A stretch of DNA of 56,424 nucleotides, counting the filler, from Sphacelaria rigidula (taxonomy: Eukaryota), in assembly GCA_964200075.2 (NCBI GenBank). It is 6 parts of 6 records of this genome, joined end to end, with 100 filler letters (N's around TTAATTAATTAA, not from the genome) between each part and the next. Parts side by side here need not be neighbours in the genome. Positions count along the whole stretch, not along the records: positions 1 to 9,321 come from CAXNAA020008753.1; positions 9,422 to 18,742 come from CAXNAA020008754.1; 4 more parts are not named here. One strand, 5' to 3'. Position 1 is the stretch's first letter, and each line of letters begins with the position of its first letter. The notes under the pieces are model-generated. The model made no database searches and was not told where the DNA came from. It saw only the letters and a list, made by a program, of their open reading frames with translations. This document shows, piece after piece, positions 1-12,269 of the stretch. The translations under genes and the position numbers were made by a program.

Positions 1-86
1 CTCTTTTGGGGCGTAAAACGACGTAAAAGCTTCAAAATTACATTTTTCCGGGGTTTTATTTTTGTCTATGTTAGGAAGCGGCCTTA

Positions 87-267
87 GGCCAACTCTTGTG
101 GGAGCGTTTGAAATTTTATTTTGCAACGATTTCAGAGGAGTTTTTTCTTTTTTCTTTGTCATCATGGTGAACGGGCACAAAATACACAACTACGGCAAAG
201 AAGAAAACTAAAAGTCGTAAAAAATTATTGCAAAATAAAATTCAAAACGCTCCCTTTAGAGTTGGCC
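87..267. mobile_element. Short fold-back MITE, PIF/Harbinger (Tourist)-like
   Basis: About 40-bp imperfect terminal inverted repeats (ggccaactcttgtgggagcgtttgaaattttattttgcaa / ttgcaaaataaaattcaaaacgctccctttagagttggcc). Flanked by tta and tca, a TWA-like 3-bp TSD with one mismatch. Confidence 0.55.
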
Positions 268-270
268 TCA

Positions 271-433
271 GCACATTATTTTTCGATCGAAAAAGTGCGG
301 TGGAAAACAAAAATTCCGATATTATACGTCGTAATCTCAACCATCGTCGTTAGCATTGAAGATGATTGAAATCACGAACTATCAGATCGGGATTTTTGTT
401 CCGCCGCACCTTTTCGATCGAAAAATGATGTGC
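271..433. repeat. Inverted repeat / MITE-like hairpin
   Basis: gcacattatttttcgatcgaaaaagtgcgg at 271 pairs with ccgcaccttttcgatcgaaaaatgatgtgc ending at 433. Confidence 0.55.
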
Positions 434-2988
434 CAAGACACAGCCTTGGGCAGTGTCTTGAAAAAAAAATGGTGTCGAAAACGTGCGGTGGAATCGAACT
501 CGCTCGTATCTGATACGTCAACGTCATTTATTTTCCAAGATGGTTCAGAACAGAAATGCCGTGGACGTATCGGGTTACCCGTGAATTTGATTCCATCGCA
601 CATTTTTCACGCCAGTTTCTTTTTATCAGACACGACTCTAGAGATGAGCCGAGATTCGACCTTGCGGCGACCGTCAACATATTACGTTGGAAGGGGATGA
701 GTATCACATCCCGTCACCTAAGCGCTTGGAAACTGTCAATGTTACGTGGTAAAGGTACAGTATGGACAAACACACGCACGACCCAACCCCGATTGCGAGA
801 AGCACTGCTGTAGCTGTCAGCCAGAATAACCAACAATTAGTGCACTACAGCCCCGTCTCACAAACACAAGGCGGCTTGGAGACTTTTAACGCGAGAGAGT
901 CAGCTTCCAGGAACACGGCCCTGTGTCAACTCCTCTATCCACTGTTCCGGGCTCAAGCATCAACGTTGTTGGCAATGCTACTCCCGCGAAGGCAAGTCCA
1001 CCGCGTCGGGTTAGCGGCATGAGTGCAGAAAAAAACTGAACATCCCTCTTCAGCAGATGAAACGAGCTTTACTGACCCCATTTAGCTCGACCTCAGCTCC
1101 AGTGCTACCTGCATGTTCATCGCAACATATCCTACACTGTATCCAAGTTTCTATTATAGATCGTGTTGGAGGGACATGTTGGCTGAAATGTAGTATTTGG
1201 TCACCATGAGCAAATCTGTTACCATGAGTTCAAAAGCCACGGGATTGGGGACTGACACAAATTTATGACAACAGCAAGCAATTTTGGTTAATAGAACAAC
1301 ACACCACGAGGTCCATGCCATATGCACACAAAGCTATGGTCGCAAGCAACACCTGCTTTGCACTGAAAATATGCTGACCCCTTGCGTGTCGGGGTTGATG
1401 TGCAAGAACGTGTGACATGGTCGTTGGCTCTCAAGTCTCACCTAGGGCACTTCACGGGGCATCTGGAAGCTGTCTTGGCTACAGCGGCAATCGATGTCCA
1501 AAAGGCCATTTGTACGTCTCACAGATCTTCCTCGATTCGAAGTCTTTTTGTCGGCACAGTTATGCGCGCCTTCGCTCTGTTCCTTCAGTCACGTGGGGTG
1601 GGGGGATACAGCAAGGCAGTAGGTAGCGAAGGTCTCCGGCCTTGGATTGAACACCATGAACATACTTGAGGTTTTCATATCATAACACTAGCTTTCTGTT
1701 CAGACCCGTAAATTTCAGCAAAAGATGATGCCGGTAAACCAGACATAATCTCCGGCGAAAATATGCGAAAATAGAATTATCTTCAGAAATGGATGTAATT
1801 TATTCGAAAGCTAGAGGAAATAGTAGCCAGAGATTACCTCTGCAAAATCTTTCCCTCGCTTGATCTCGCTCTATAAACGGTGCGCATTGGTGTACCGCGT
1901 TTGCTATAGTCATTTTTCTGGGGCTGGAGAACACCCCCAGAGCTTTGCTGTTGGTGTTGTTGTCAAGCTCCGTGCCCAGCTGCTGAAGGTGAGGACAGCT
2001 CCTACCCAGGAGCGACCACACGAATTAGGTAAGATTTATGTGATTTGCGGGGAAAATGTTACCGGCAGTCTTGCGCACAAAGAAAGCATTATCCTTACTA
2101 CATGGTATCAAGCCATCTGCCTGCCTCCTGCGGCTGCTGTGCCGTGCCAACCATGCACAAACTGGACGTTACGCAGCCACTGCGGACTGTACGAAACCCT
2201 CCCGGGAGAGTATCATCGCTTCGGAGCTGTCTCTCATTCGCATTCACGTCTGTACCAGTCCTGGTAAACTTGCGTGTTCATTTTTTCTTCGTGTGCGGTG
2301 TTTTCTTGTGCTCTTTCTCGAGGTCAACAACACAGCATCTTTGTTGGAGAATTGCATGATATATGATTTTTAAGATACAACCAAAGTTTACCGCTGTTGT
2401 ACCGCACCCGTCTGGATCCATGCTCTGGACACCGATGGCGGCTTGTAGCCCAGGCAGCTGGCATTCGTGGCAATGCTACTTCCGTGTCAGCACAATACAG
2501 TACAGTAGGGCACAGTAGACCACGCTACCTGCAACTGAAATGGGGGCGAGGGCGACAGTGAAGTGCTGTCTGCTTCCTCACTTGCAACAAGCCAGCCTAG
2601 CCGCACAACAGTAAGTAGCCCTGTGCTTGGGGGAGAGCACAAGTGTCACCCACACAGAATCGACAAAAATAGCGCATGTGTTGGGTTGTTACCTCCCCTT
2701 GAATCCTCCGCTCAGACCCATAATATCTGACCATGAGAAAACAGGGGTCATGGGGCAGCGTCGCTGTTTGAGCGAGAAACACAGGGAGAAAAAATTCGCT
2801 CGAGACAAGTAGGCAGACAGGCTGCGCGAAGAACCTGCAGAACGGTCGCATAGAGTGTATGGACAGCAACAGTAGATGAAAATTGAAAATTGCGTCAAGG
2901 CGCTCGGTGCCCCGCGCGAAGAAATTGCGCGAAGTCGACTGCCTGTTCCTCTCTTCCCTCCCCCGCGTGCGACCCAAAACGCCTCCCT

Positions 2989-3010
2989 GGTGTGTGTGTG
3001 TGTGTGTGTG
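2989..3010. repeat. (GT)n microsatellite
   Basis: Direct reading of the sequence. Confidence 0.9.
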
Positions 3011-3145
3011 TTTTACTCGCGTATATTTTCTTCGCAAATGGTACGGTACTTGGTTTGTTCGATATTGTCTGATACACGTTGTTCCGTACCCGTGATCGCC
3101 GGTACGAACGGGTGATATCCGTAGATCGCGCGTTGTAACAGTGTA

Positions 3146-3606
3146 AGACCGTCTTGTATGGCAACCAATCTGTATTTGTACAAATATGGGGATTTCAGTC
3201 CGTCTTCATCCGATTTTCTCATGTGGGTTGATTTCTCGGACCCCAGTCAGTTGTGTAATGTTTTCTGCCTAGTTTGAGGAAACCAGATCAATTCTCCGAT
3301 TCTCTGGGCGCTGACTTTTGGTTTATCACCTTTTAGCTCAGATCCGGAGACTCCCGCATCTGCCCCGAATCCGGGGCCCAAATCGGGAGAGATGCAGGAA
3401 TCCCCGGATCTGAGCAGAAAGGTGATGAACCAAAAGTCAGCGCCCAGAGAATCGGAGAATTAATCTGGTTTTCTTTCAGCTAGGCGGAAAACATTGCCCA
3501 ACGGACCGGGGTCCGAAAAATCAATCCACGGGAGAAAATCGGATGAAGACGGCCTGAAATCCCCATATTTGTACAAATACGGATTGGTTGCCACACAAGG
3601 CGGTCT
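3146..3606. mobile_element. About 460-bp fold-back element (near-complete palindrome), MITE-like
   Basis: Left arm agaccgtcttgtatggcaaccaatctgtatttgtacaaatatggggatttc is matched by the reverse complement of the right arm all the way to the centre near 3375. The ORF track shows the same peptide RKSDEDGLKSPYLYKY on both strands. Confidence 0.85.
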
Positions 3607-4847
3607 ATTGTGTGCAGAATTTCACACCGTATTATTCCCATTCCATAATATTGAGGTGGTATTTTGGAAGGTCAGGCGTCCAGACACAGCGCACCGGGCG
3701 TCTGATGATGCTGAAACTTCACGAATGTGTAGATTGAGGCCGCAAGTAGGTGTTGACACAACAGCACCGACGACCCAAGGCGTTTCGTGGGCTGCGTGGG
3801 CTAGAAATATGATTATGCACACTGCTGCCACTCATTTCGAAACATTTTTCGATATCTAATGGCAATTATAGGGAGTACGACATCAAACTGCCTTTTATCA
3901 AAGACCACTGTCAAGCTGCTCGGGAATATGACAATGTCCCTTTACAGACAGTACGAAATCTTGAGTTGAAGGTATGACGATAGACGAGGAAGATTGCCCA
4001 TGTGTTCTTCAATCAAAACCAACCCTTGAGTTTTTTTTTATTTTTGCCGACGGGACTCCTACGTAAATGTCTTGAGCTATCACCGCCATTCACTTGATCG
4101 ACCTTTTGCGAAATTTCTCATATTTTCACTTGGTCTCATCGGACAGAGCGTCATTTCATTTTTCACTTATAGATCGTGGGTATTCCAGCCCTCTCAAGGT
4201 GTGGTGTGCGTCCCACAGTCAGTGCAGTACTGCCGGCTCGAAGCACACGGTGCCAATTTAGTCGTGAATTCGAGTCGAAGGCCATATGTCGGATATTGAG
4301 CGATTCCGACCTACAAAGTGACATGCACCCTTTGCCGTCCAGGCGCCGCAGCCACTGGCGTAGCCCGTAGCGCCACCATTCCGTGCTGATGTGGACACCC
4401 TTCTTGCAAGGACGTGTTCCCCTCCGACCTCAGGACATTTAGTATCGTGGAGCATGACCATTTAAAATGGAACCAGCGCCTTCATGAAAGAAATATTTGC
4501 AGATCTTCGTAGTATTGAACGATAGCAACGCTGCCTGTCTTGGGAAACATACGAGGACGCGCATTGCAGTGAAGTGCTCACCAATATTCTCCCCCCCTCC
4601 CCTCCTGTCGCACTCTGCAACCCCTCCACTCCCTCGGGGGGGCGTCTGTAGTCTCACAGTATGCAACGCGCCTCTATGGGATCCAATGCATGTCACCCCA
4701 TGTATAGTACATGCGTGATAGTTTGGTACCGCAGCTGGGAACAGCGCTCCCGCACCTCGCTGAATCCCGTCGGATTTTCTCTTGCTCTTCTGTTTCCTCA
4801 CGAGTTTTAAAGACGGGGATCAGATACTCCTGACGCCAAACATCGTA

Positions 4848-5847
4848 GTTCCTTTGTCTCATAAGTCTGGTCGGTTATGTTTATACGAGCCCTTAACGTT
4901 GTTCAATCTGATTTTCGATGTCTTTTTTCGATTTCTTCGCCGTTTTTTTAGGTAGAACGACACTTTTTGCAGCACGCTATTGAGCCATGCGGCCGAACGG
5001 CCGCAAAAAAATCAGTCGGCCAAAAATTGGCCGTATTTCGCCCCTCTCCCAGGGGGAAAAAAGTGTTGGGAAAATGGTCGTCTCGTCCACCTGGTCGTAG
5101 ATGAAGTCGATTCGGCGCAGCTTCTGAGCAAGGGAGAGGGAGGGTTTGACACGGCGGGCCACCTTCGCCGCCACTTCTTCCTTAAACCACCGCCTCACGG
5201 TGTCCGTACCGTAATCCAACCCGATCGCCTTCAGCTGATCGGACACCTGCCGGAGCGTAAATGACCGATTCTGCTTGTTGACCTTCTTCAGCGCCGCCAC
5301 CTTGGTGGCGTGAGGAGCGACGGACGTCCAGTTCTTGCGCTGTTCGAAAGGTCGACCTCCTGGGTAGCGTCCATCTGGGCTCTGGCGTTTTTCCTCAATT
5401 TAGTCGGGTACTCGGGACCAACACCGTAGCGTTCGCAAATTGGCCCCAGTGAGCCCTTGGGCACCCTAGTCTTGCCCGGTGGAATAGCGAGCGCAAGCTC
5501 CATCGCAATCGCATAGCGGCGACCCAATGGAAGCTCACCACCCGTTTTGCGAGGGGAGGGGTACTCGGGGGCAAGTCCATCGTATTGTGATGTCTGTGGG
5601 CTAGATGTGGGGCGGTAATCACGAATTCAAACAAATATGATCAAAAAGATGTCATAAAAATTGTCAAAATGGCCAAAACGGGGTGTATTCTGACCTAATT
5701 TTAGTATTGAAAACTAGCTCTCTTTTTTTTATCCGCTTCGTCTGCGTTTCATCTTTCTATAGAACCCAACTATAGGGTAATCTTCAACACCGTTCCACCC
5801 AAACAAAAAAACGCCCATAACCGACCAGACTTATGAGACAGAGGAAG
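4848..5847 (-). mobile_element. Internally deleted Tc1/mariner-superfamily transposon (1000 bp) with Stowaway-like TIRs and TA TSD
   Basis: About 32-bp TIRs ((g/c)ttcct(t/c)tgtctcataagtctggtcggttatg) with TA on both sides (4846-47, 5848-49). Contains an N-terminal transposase remnant. Confidence 0.9.
5079..5580 (-). pseudogene. Frameshifted N-terminal (HTH) part of a mariner-like transposase; catalytic domain deleted
   Basis: Joined ORF fragments read ARTGRPSLLTP / AALKKVNKQNRSFTLRQVSDQLKAIG..TVRRWFKEE..RRVKPSLSLAQKLRRIDF. These show the GRP motif, a second HTH and the KPxL...KxxRxxF motif typical of Tc1/mariner. The sequence stops before the DDD/E triad. Confidence 0.8.
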
Positions 5848-7164
5848 TATCAAGATATAGCTGCCGGGAGAACCGAGCCCCGTACCCCGCCCTGTACAGC
5901 AGTCGGTTTTTACGATGCACCTCTTCGACCAACGGGGCGCGACATCTTACACGGGGACTGGCTTCCAATCCAGCTCCTGATTTAGAGTACGCTCGCTTTG
6001 TAAAATACCTGGCTTCAAAGCATACGAACGCACGGGCTACGGTGAAAGGCCTACCCGACGTGCGGCACCAGAGCTCCGCTTCAATAGAACTCCTGATTTG
6101 TGAGGTGCACAATCTACAATCTAGTGTTTTTGTTGTCGTTGTTGTCTTCACATTGAGAACCGTTCCGATATATGCGCAGTACTCTGTACTGGGCATCTGA
6201 TGCGAACGCCTTCCGTGGTCACAGGCTAACTACCCCCAAATGTAGGGTGGAAGAAAAATCATACTTCGAAGTAAAATAGAGCGAACCCAGAAACAATTCA
6301 CACATATGCCATACAAGAGAAAGAAATGAAAATAATAAAAATACTTGAAAAAAAGAAAAAGAGGGAAGAAAAAGGACTACTGCTAGCCCTCTAAGTTCCG
6401 ATGTCATATGAGTTCGAGCCACTGGAGGCAGGGCCCATTGGCTCACTCAACACGCGAGGCCAAACAATAAGGGAGCCAAAGTCGAGAGCCACGATCACCA
6501 GCTACAATAAAGCGATACGAGTCGCAGGGTTCTAACCTCATACCTCTAGAGGAACAGCTATTTCCTTATGTCGCGCGAAAGAACGCGACCCACGTGGTAT
6601 ATTATACAGCGAAGTCCTTTTCCCAACATCAACCGCTTGTCGCACATTACCATATAACTGTATCCGGAACGATTTTAGCCGTGTCAATCATACACAATAC
6701 ACGAACTCGTCAGCAACAATTGCCGTAGATATATAGATACCAGAATTCTCCGTTTTGGGTCGAGCTCCTCACTTACACTTCAATGGATCGGTATACTGTC
6801 TCCGTCTGTATCTCGCCTGCTCCCCTGTCTTTGCAGCACGCTTCACGCGCGTACGGGTGAGGGCCATGAATAGCGGAGGCTCCCCAAACAGCCACGGTGG
6901 GGGGGTCACAGGAGGGTTTGGGCTGGGCGTGGGGTTTGCCCTGTCACCCGAACTCGCGCAGAAGGTACCCATGGCTTTTAATGTCGTGCAACAGTTATAT
7001 TTGGATGGGTCATGGGTATGCCTAGAGGTGTTTTCAATGGGGGGGGAGCAATCGTTTCGCTGCTCTCGTATCGATGCGGCACGTCGTATTATGTCACTCG
7101 AGTTTAGAGTACCGGACTCGAACGACTTCGAGTTATTATGATGAGAAGACTCACTTGGATTGAT

Positions 7165-7400
7165 TTTTTTTTGTTATCGCACTTTGAACCCCTCCCCTTC
7201 CGCGGGGCAAGGGTCGTGGTCTCAGGAGGTCAACCCATCTCTCCCCGGCACACGCCTTGCATTTTGGATTTGCGAAGTGGTCTAGCAGTCCCGCGCACCG
7301 CGTCGACTCTAGTCAAACAAGCCCAGTTGATCGATTGATTGGTTGTCGCACTTTAACTGACCCCCCAGGGGTCCAGCCGTGGTCTCATGGTAGACGTATC
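7165..7400 (-). repeat. Two related short retroposon-like 3' tail fragments (third degenerate copy at about 6637-6683)
   Basis: On the minus strand both read ...gagaccacg...gtt(c)aaagtgcga(t/c)aac followed by an A-rich or (aatc)n-like tail. Confidence 0.35.
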
Positions 7401-8693
7401 CAAGAAAAACGAAACTGAAACACGCTCTGAGAAAAAAAAAAGAACAGAAAAAAACAAACGGGTCGAACAGAACGACATAGCAGACTAAGTCGTGACGAAA
7501 AATATATATATATATTTAAAAAGTCAACACAAGCAAAGCACAGAAATAGATGGCCGACCTAAAACAAAACAAAAAAAGAAAGAGAAAAGGAAAGTACAGA
7601 GCAAATAAAATATCAACGACTTTTTGTTTACTCACGTACTCACGCTTTCAACGGTGGAAACCATACATTACGAAGAAAAAACCCAACGCATCGGGATATC
7701 GAACTCTCATTCTCTCCTCTCCTGATGGCGACTGTCGAACCATTACACCACCGGGCCATTACACCACCGGGCCGCGGGGGCATGGTCGTTCTTGATTCAC
7801 TCGGGTATATCGTGGTGGGTCAAAATCCTATGTCAAAGCGCAAATGATTTGGGTTTAGACTACAAGATCTCAATTTACATTACTTTATGGCACCACGACT
7901 CGAACGACTTGCAAGTAATTATGGTCCAGGAATCACTTGGATTGAGCAGGACAGGTCTTTATCATGAACGAAGAGTGGAGGGTCTGAATCCTACATATTA
8001 GATGGGCTTGAGCACAGTTGGCGACTACAGGACTGGACTGCGGCACTTGGTACTTTTTTCGGCTTTTGCTAAACGGCTATCGTGAAACACTGCACATGGA
8101 GGCGCTTTTTTTCGGTGGCGGGGTCGGAGGATGAGGGCATACAAAGCAATGACGCGCAATGAACATTCTGATGGATACGTGAGGATATTTGCTACCTGTC
8201 CTACATACGGTCAGCTCGTGGCGTACCGGAGGTATGCCCTCATATCACGTCTACTGCTCCGTACGTACGGGAGGTTGATCTTGACCTGTTGCCATGAACC
8301 GAAGCGCCTCCTGGACAGTTTATTCCATACACTATGTCTACGACTACCTTACTTACCTACGGGACGTTGAAGTTGAACCAATTCGATGGAGGTGAACATT
8401 CTGCTCGGGCTTCCTTTTTTTTTTTTCCCCCGTGTGCCGTGTACAGCGACGTGCCGTGGAGTAAGTACAGTACAGTAGAGGAGTTCAATGTGACGCTACT
8501 TTCATAAGGAGGCGTTCTGTCCATGACATTTGTTTCGCGTATCAGTTCACAACTACGCACAGAATATTATTTTCTATTTACTGTCCTCGAACGAAGTTAT
8601 GTTCTATCCGTCGGCAACCGATCTTCGAATCGCCCGCAGCATACATCACCGTGTGGATGTCGGTTTTACGTCCTTCGCGAAGGGTCTCATTAA

Positions 8694-8810
8694 CCATTTT
8701 GGAACCCATCGGCGACTTTTGTTTTTGTGAATCGGCATCACTTTTGGTTATTTTCAGGTCAAAATAATGCCGATTCACAAAAACAAAATCGTCCATGGGT
8801 CCCCGAAGAG
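8694..8810. mobile_element. piggyBac-like hairpin MITE, copy 1
   Basis: Palindromic ~117 bp with core gtgaatcggcatca..tgccgattcac, flanked by ttaa and ttac. Homologous to 31237-31356 and 32254-32454. Confidence 0.6.
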
Positions 8811-9200
8811 TTACCAAGGCAATTTTTTTCGGATCGCTCTTTTACTTGTTCAAAACATTTGGATTGTTTGTCTGACTTGTCCCAAAAGCAAATTGTTTCA
8901 AAACAAATCCAACGCAATGAGATTATATCGGAGAAATCTGTTGTCAGTCTTGAATTTATCTACTACCTAACCTGGTTGAAAAAGTTGAAAAAGCTGCTCC
9001 CGCATTTTTTGGAGAGTATTTTTTTCCCTCCGAAAAAAAGGAGATTGCGGGAGGAAAAGTGGACTGTTGAAAGTAATACGTAGGAGGAGGAGGAGGAGGT
9101 GCAATAATAATGGTGGTCTTGACGTTGATGTTGATTCTTGATATTTATTATAATTATACCAGTATCGTATTGATGATCATGATCATGTTTAGAATAAGAG

Positions 9201-9321
9201 CAATGGCCTAGAAAAGGTATACCTTCTCGTTTTTCGCCCAAGAAAGGTACGAAAAATGGCCAGACACGCGAAAACAGCCAAACACGCCCTTTTGACCGTT
9301 TTCGCTCCGAAAATTTCACGC
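9201..9321 (+). mobile_element. Terminal part of a repeat (hAT-like end CAATGGCCTAG) truncated at the contig end
   Basis: Reverse complement of 9422-9539. Confidence 0.55.
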
Positions 9322-9421
9322 NNNNNNNNNNNNNNNNNNNNNNNNNNNNNNNNNNNNNNNNNNNNTTAATTAATTAANNNNNNNNNNNNNNNNNNNNNNN
9401 NNNNNNNNNNNNNNNNNNNNN
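9322..9421. other. Artificial contig linker (44N-TTAATTAATTAA-44N)
   Basis: Identical 100-bp spacer with stop codons in all six frames, repeated five times. Confidence 0.98.
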
Positions 9422-9539
9422 TGAAAAATCCGGAGCGAAAACGGTCAAAATGGCGTGTTTGGCTATTTTCGCTTTTCTGGCCATTTGCCGTACCTTTGTG
9501 AGGCAAGAAATGAGAAGGTATACCTTTTCTAGGCCATTG
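9422..9539 (-). mobile_element. Terminal part of the same repeat family as 9201-9321, truncated at the contig start
   Basis: Ends ...gaaggtataccttttctaggccattg, the reverse complement of caatggcctagaaaaggtataccttc at 9201. Confidence 0.55.
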
Positions 9540-12269
9540 TCCAATAAATTATTTTCGCGCGAAGCACCAGTGTGGCCCATCCGAAATCAGGGGAAGACCT
9601 ATCGCACGGGACATGTCCTGTATCACTGTGCTGCAGCACAAACACACCCATTCACTGTCTCTGGTGCTAAAGCTGTAGCTGCGCTGTGGTGTCTGCAGGC
9701 CTTTTTGGAGACGGTTTGGTCTCCGCTTGGACTGACTGCCTGAGGTCCTTTATTACTGTCATGGCATTCGTCTCTTCGAAAAATAATGCTGTCGACACCC
9801 AGTGCTTTCTACACTCTGTTGAAACCTTCATGGCGTGTGAACTCTTTCGTCTCGAGTCAAACGAATAAGGCGCTTCCCAAACCCATCATTTATATGCTAT
9901 AGTTGTCGCTGTGCTGTTGCACATCCAAACACTCCACGACGATCACGGTGCGATGTGCGCTGGATAGTGCCTGAACAGTTCTAGTGCTGCATGCTGTGTT
10001 TCGGTCTGCAACTTTATGGGGTAGGATTCAAATATTGTATTTATCGCCCCATGGAGGAATCATACTTTGCTTGGGACTGAACACGGATAATAATACAGTT
10101 TACATTACGACCTACTGTTAGGGGGGTGAATGAAGGCCTTACCGACCAAAAATCCGGTTCCCACAAAAAAAAAAAAATGCGGACGGATATTGAAGACGTA
10201 TGGAAGACGTGATAGACTGGTCGGGCCTGTGCCGAACCTCTGCCGAAAATGACACACGCTCCATCCCACGTTACCCAGGTTTAGTATGCGACAGATGTAT
10301 TTTTTAAATCACAATTATCTCGAGGCAGGAAGCACAGCGGCCTCTGGAACTTCACAGCCCCCAGCACACACAGAACACCTATACAGCAGCGCAAGCAGAT
10401 TTGCTCCATTCGCCACAGGGGATCCAAAAAGTACCCGAACGTTGCAGGAAACGCGTTTTTCAGAACATTTTGTGTTTGGTGCAGCGGCTTCTGAAGTGCT
10501 GGGCACGCGTACGGAAATCTGTCGCCACACTAAACAGTTCCGGTGTATGGGAAGCGCACGCATCAAACCGCAGTCCAATCATCTGCCTCGTTGCCGAAAA
10601 AATAGAGTTGAAAAATCGGCACTTGCGGCTTCAGGAGCAGCAGCGTTCATCGAGGTGAAAAAATGCGGAATTGTCAAAAGTTCGGTGTTTCAAAACTCAA
10701 GAAAAAAGCGGACTCCTGCGCAGCATGGACGAAGTACAAGGGAAAAACCGGTCAAGGCTTATCTTGTGCCTTGACAGCCGCGCGCAAGGTCAAGGCGGCG
10801 CCTTAACGCGCGGAGAAGGCTGAAAAAAAACTCAAGGCGGCCACCGAAAGGCTCATCGCAGTCACCGGAAAGTTTGACGCGTCTGTTTCATGTCAGAGTG
10901 TTGGAGGTCAAACGCATAAGCTAAGCCGGTCCTTTCACAGTCGGGAGACAGCAATGATCTTTTCGGTAACTGACTGAGAATACTAATAACAATATGTGAA
11001 CAATGCAACAAGGGACAAGCTTCGTTTTGAAGGGTATGTGTATGTATCTTCCGTCCTGCCATGTGGTGCTGATTTCTTGTAGGCGCCTGTGTACAAGGGG
11101 CAATTCATTCTCCCAAAAGTACCACGAACCACATAGTTTGCTCTCATCAAAATCGGCTGTGTCGTGTCTACGCTGTCGAGCGGCACAAGCCAGGGCCTCA
11201 AGCGCGGTCTTTTTTATGTTTGATGTACTGCCTTTGACAGACCGAAGACAGCCACGACGTTTGCTGTCATTACTGCCTGTGTGCATTGATAACAAGCTAC
11301 GTGCTGGCACCCGTCACCTCTCGAACTGCAGTAGGCAAGGTCACACATGAAAGTCGCCTGAGCTCACGTCGAACGGATCAAGCGCAGGAGCCCACGTGTG
11401 AAGAGTGGTTTTGACCATCGTCTGTGTACCGCACTTCACGGACTAATAGCAGCAGCCATGATGTTTGTTGCCACTGCCGCCTGTGGGCACTAACAACAAA
11501 ATGTAAAGATCGCGGCTGGCAAGTTGCAGTTTGGATCGAATGTTTGGTTCGGGACTAGATACTACAAAGCAAGAATGCGCAAAGGCATTTGCGCCAACAT
11601 GCGCATTCCAGCACTTGTTCTGTGCCGATGTCATGCGAAATGGACATGTGGGTGCCTTGATTACGCAGCGCTCTTTTTGCGCTGCCGTGGTGGTCAGCAT
11701 GACACAAAAGGCGACGTGACGGTTCAACGCCGATAGCTCCGAACGTCTTGTGTATTGTATCGCAGAGGTGAAGTTTGCCGTTGACGGTTTGCGTTCAGGA
11801 GTGGGGAACATAAAAATGATTTCTTCCGCTCGTGCCACGACCCTGAGCCCATGGGGCCCATGAAGTAATTGCTCTCCAAACCCCCCATCACCGAAAGGTG
11901 CGGGGTATACAATGAGCAGCCCAGCCGCACAGCGTGAATCGTTTTTTTCGTCTACGTCGTCTACGTCATTCTCACTTGTTCCACGATACTCGACACTCAT
12001 GCTGATTGTCTGAATATTCTGTGCTGCTTCGTTTTTGCGTATGTGTCAAATGGTCAAGTGGGGGTTGGTGTTGTGGGTGACACCCGCAACTGCTGCCACT
12101 TTTCGTGTTCTTGACTGCCGATGTCAAGAAGGACGGTGAATGTGGGGTGGAACCGAGTGCAACACTTAAACGATACAACCACACAACAATATATCAGTGC
12201 AGTCGCCGGAGCAACTACATTTCTGCGACACCGACCACTCGCAGGCTTGTAAATATGTACTGAAGTTAG

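Noticed and set aside
700-2400. Short ORFs in contig 1 as exons or transposase relics
   Set aside because: No recognisable motif or phase-consistent exon chain could be established.
4848-5847. Possible Fanzor/TnpB cargo in the mariner element
   Set aside because: No RuvC or zinc-finger motifs are present. The element holds only a truncated transposase N-terminus.
9366-9377. TTAATTAATTAA motif recurring every ~9.42 kb
   Set aside because: Synthetic six-frame-stop spacer, not biological periodicity.
9201-9539. Apparent single inverted-repeat element spanning the first N-gap
   Set aside because: The gap is an artificial linker between size-sorted contigs, and the outer flanks (aataagag vs tccaataa) are not a TSD. 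Two separate copies of an abundant family is the more likely explanation.
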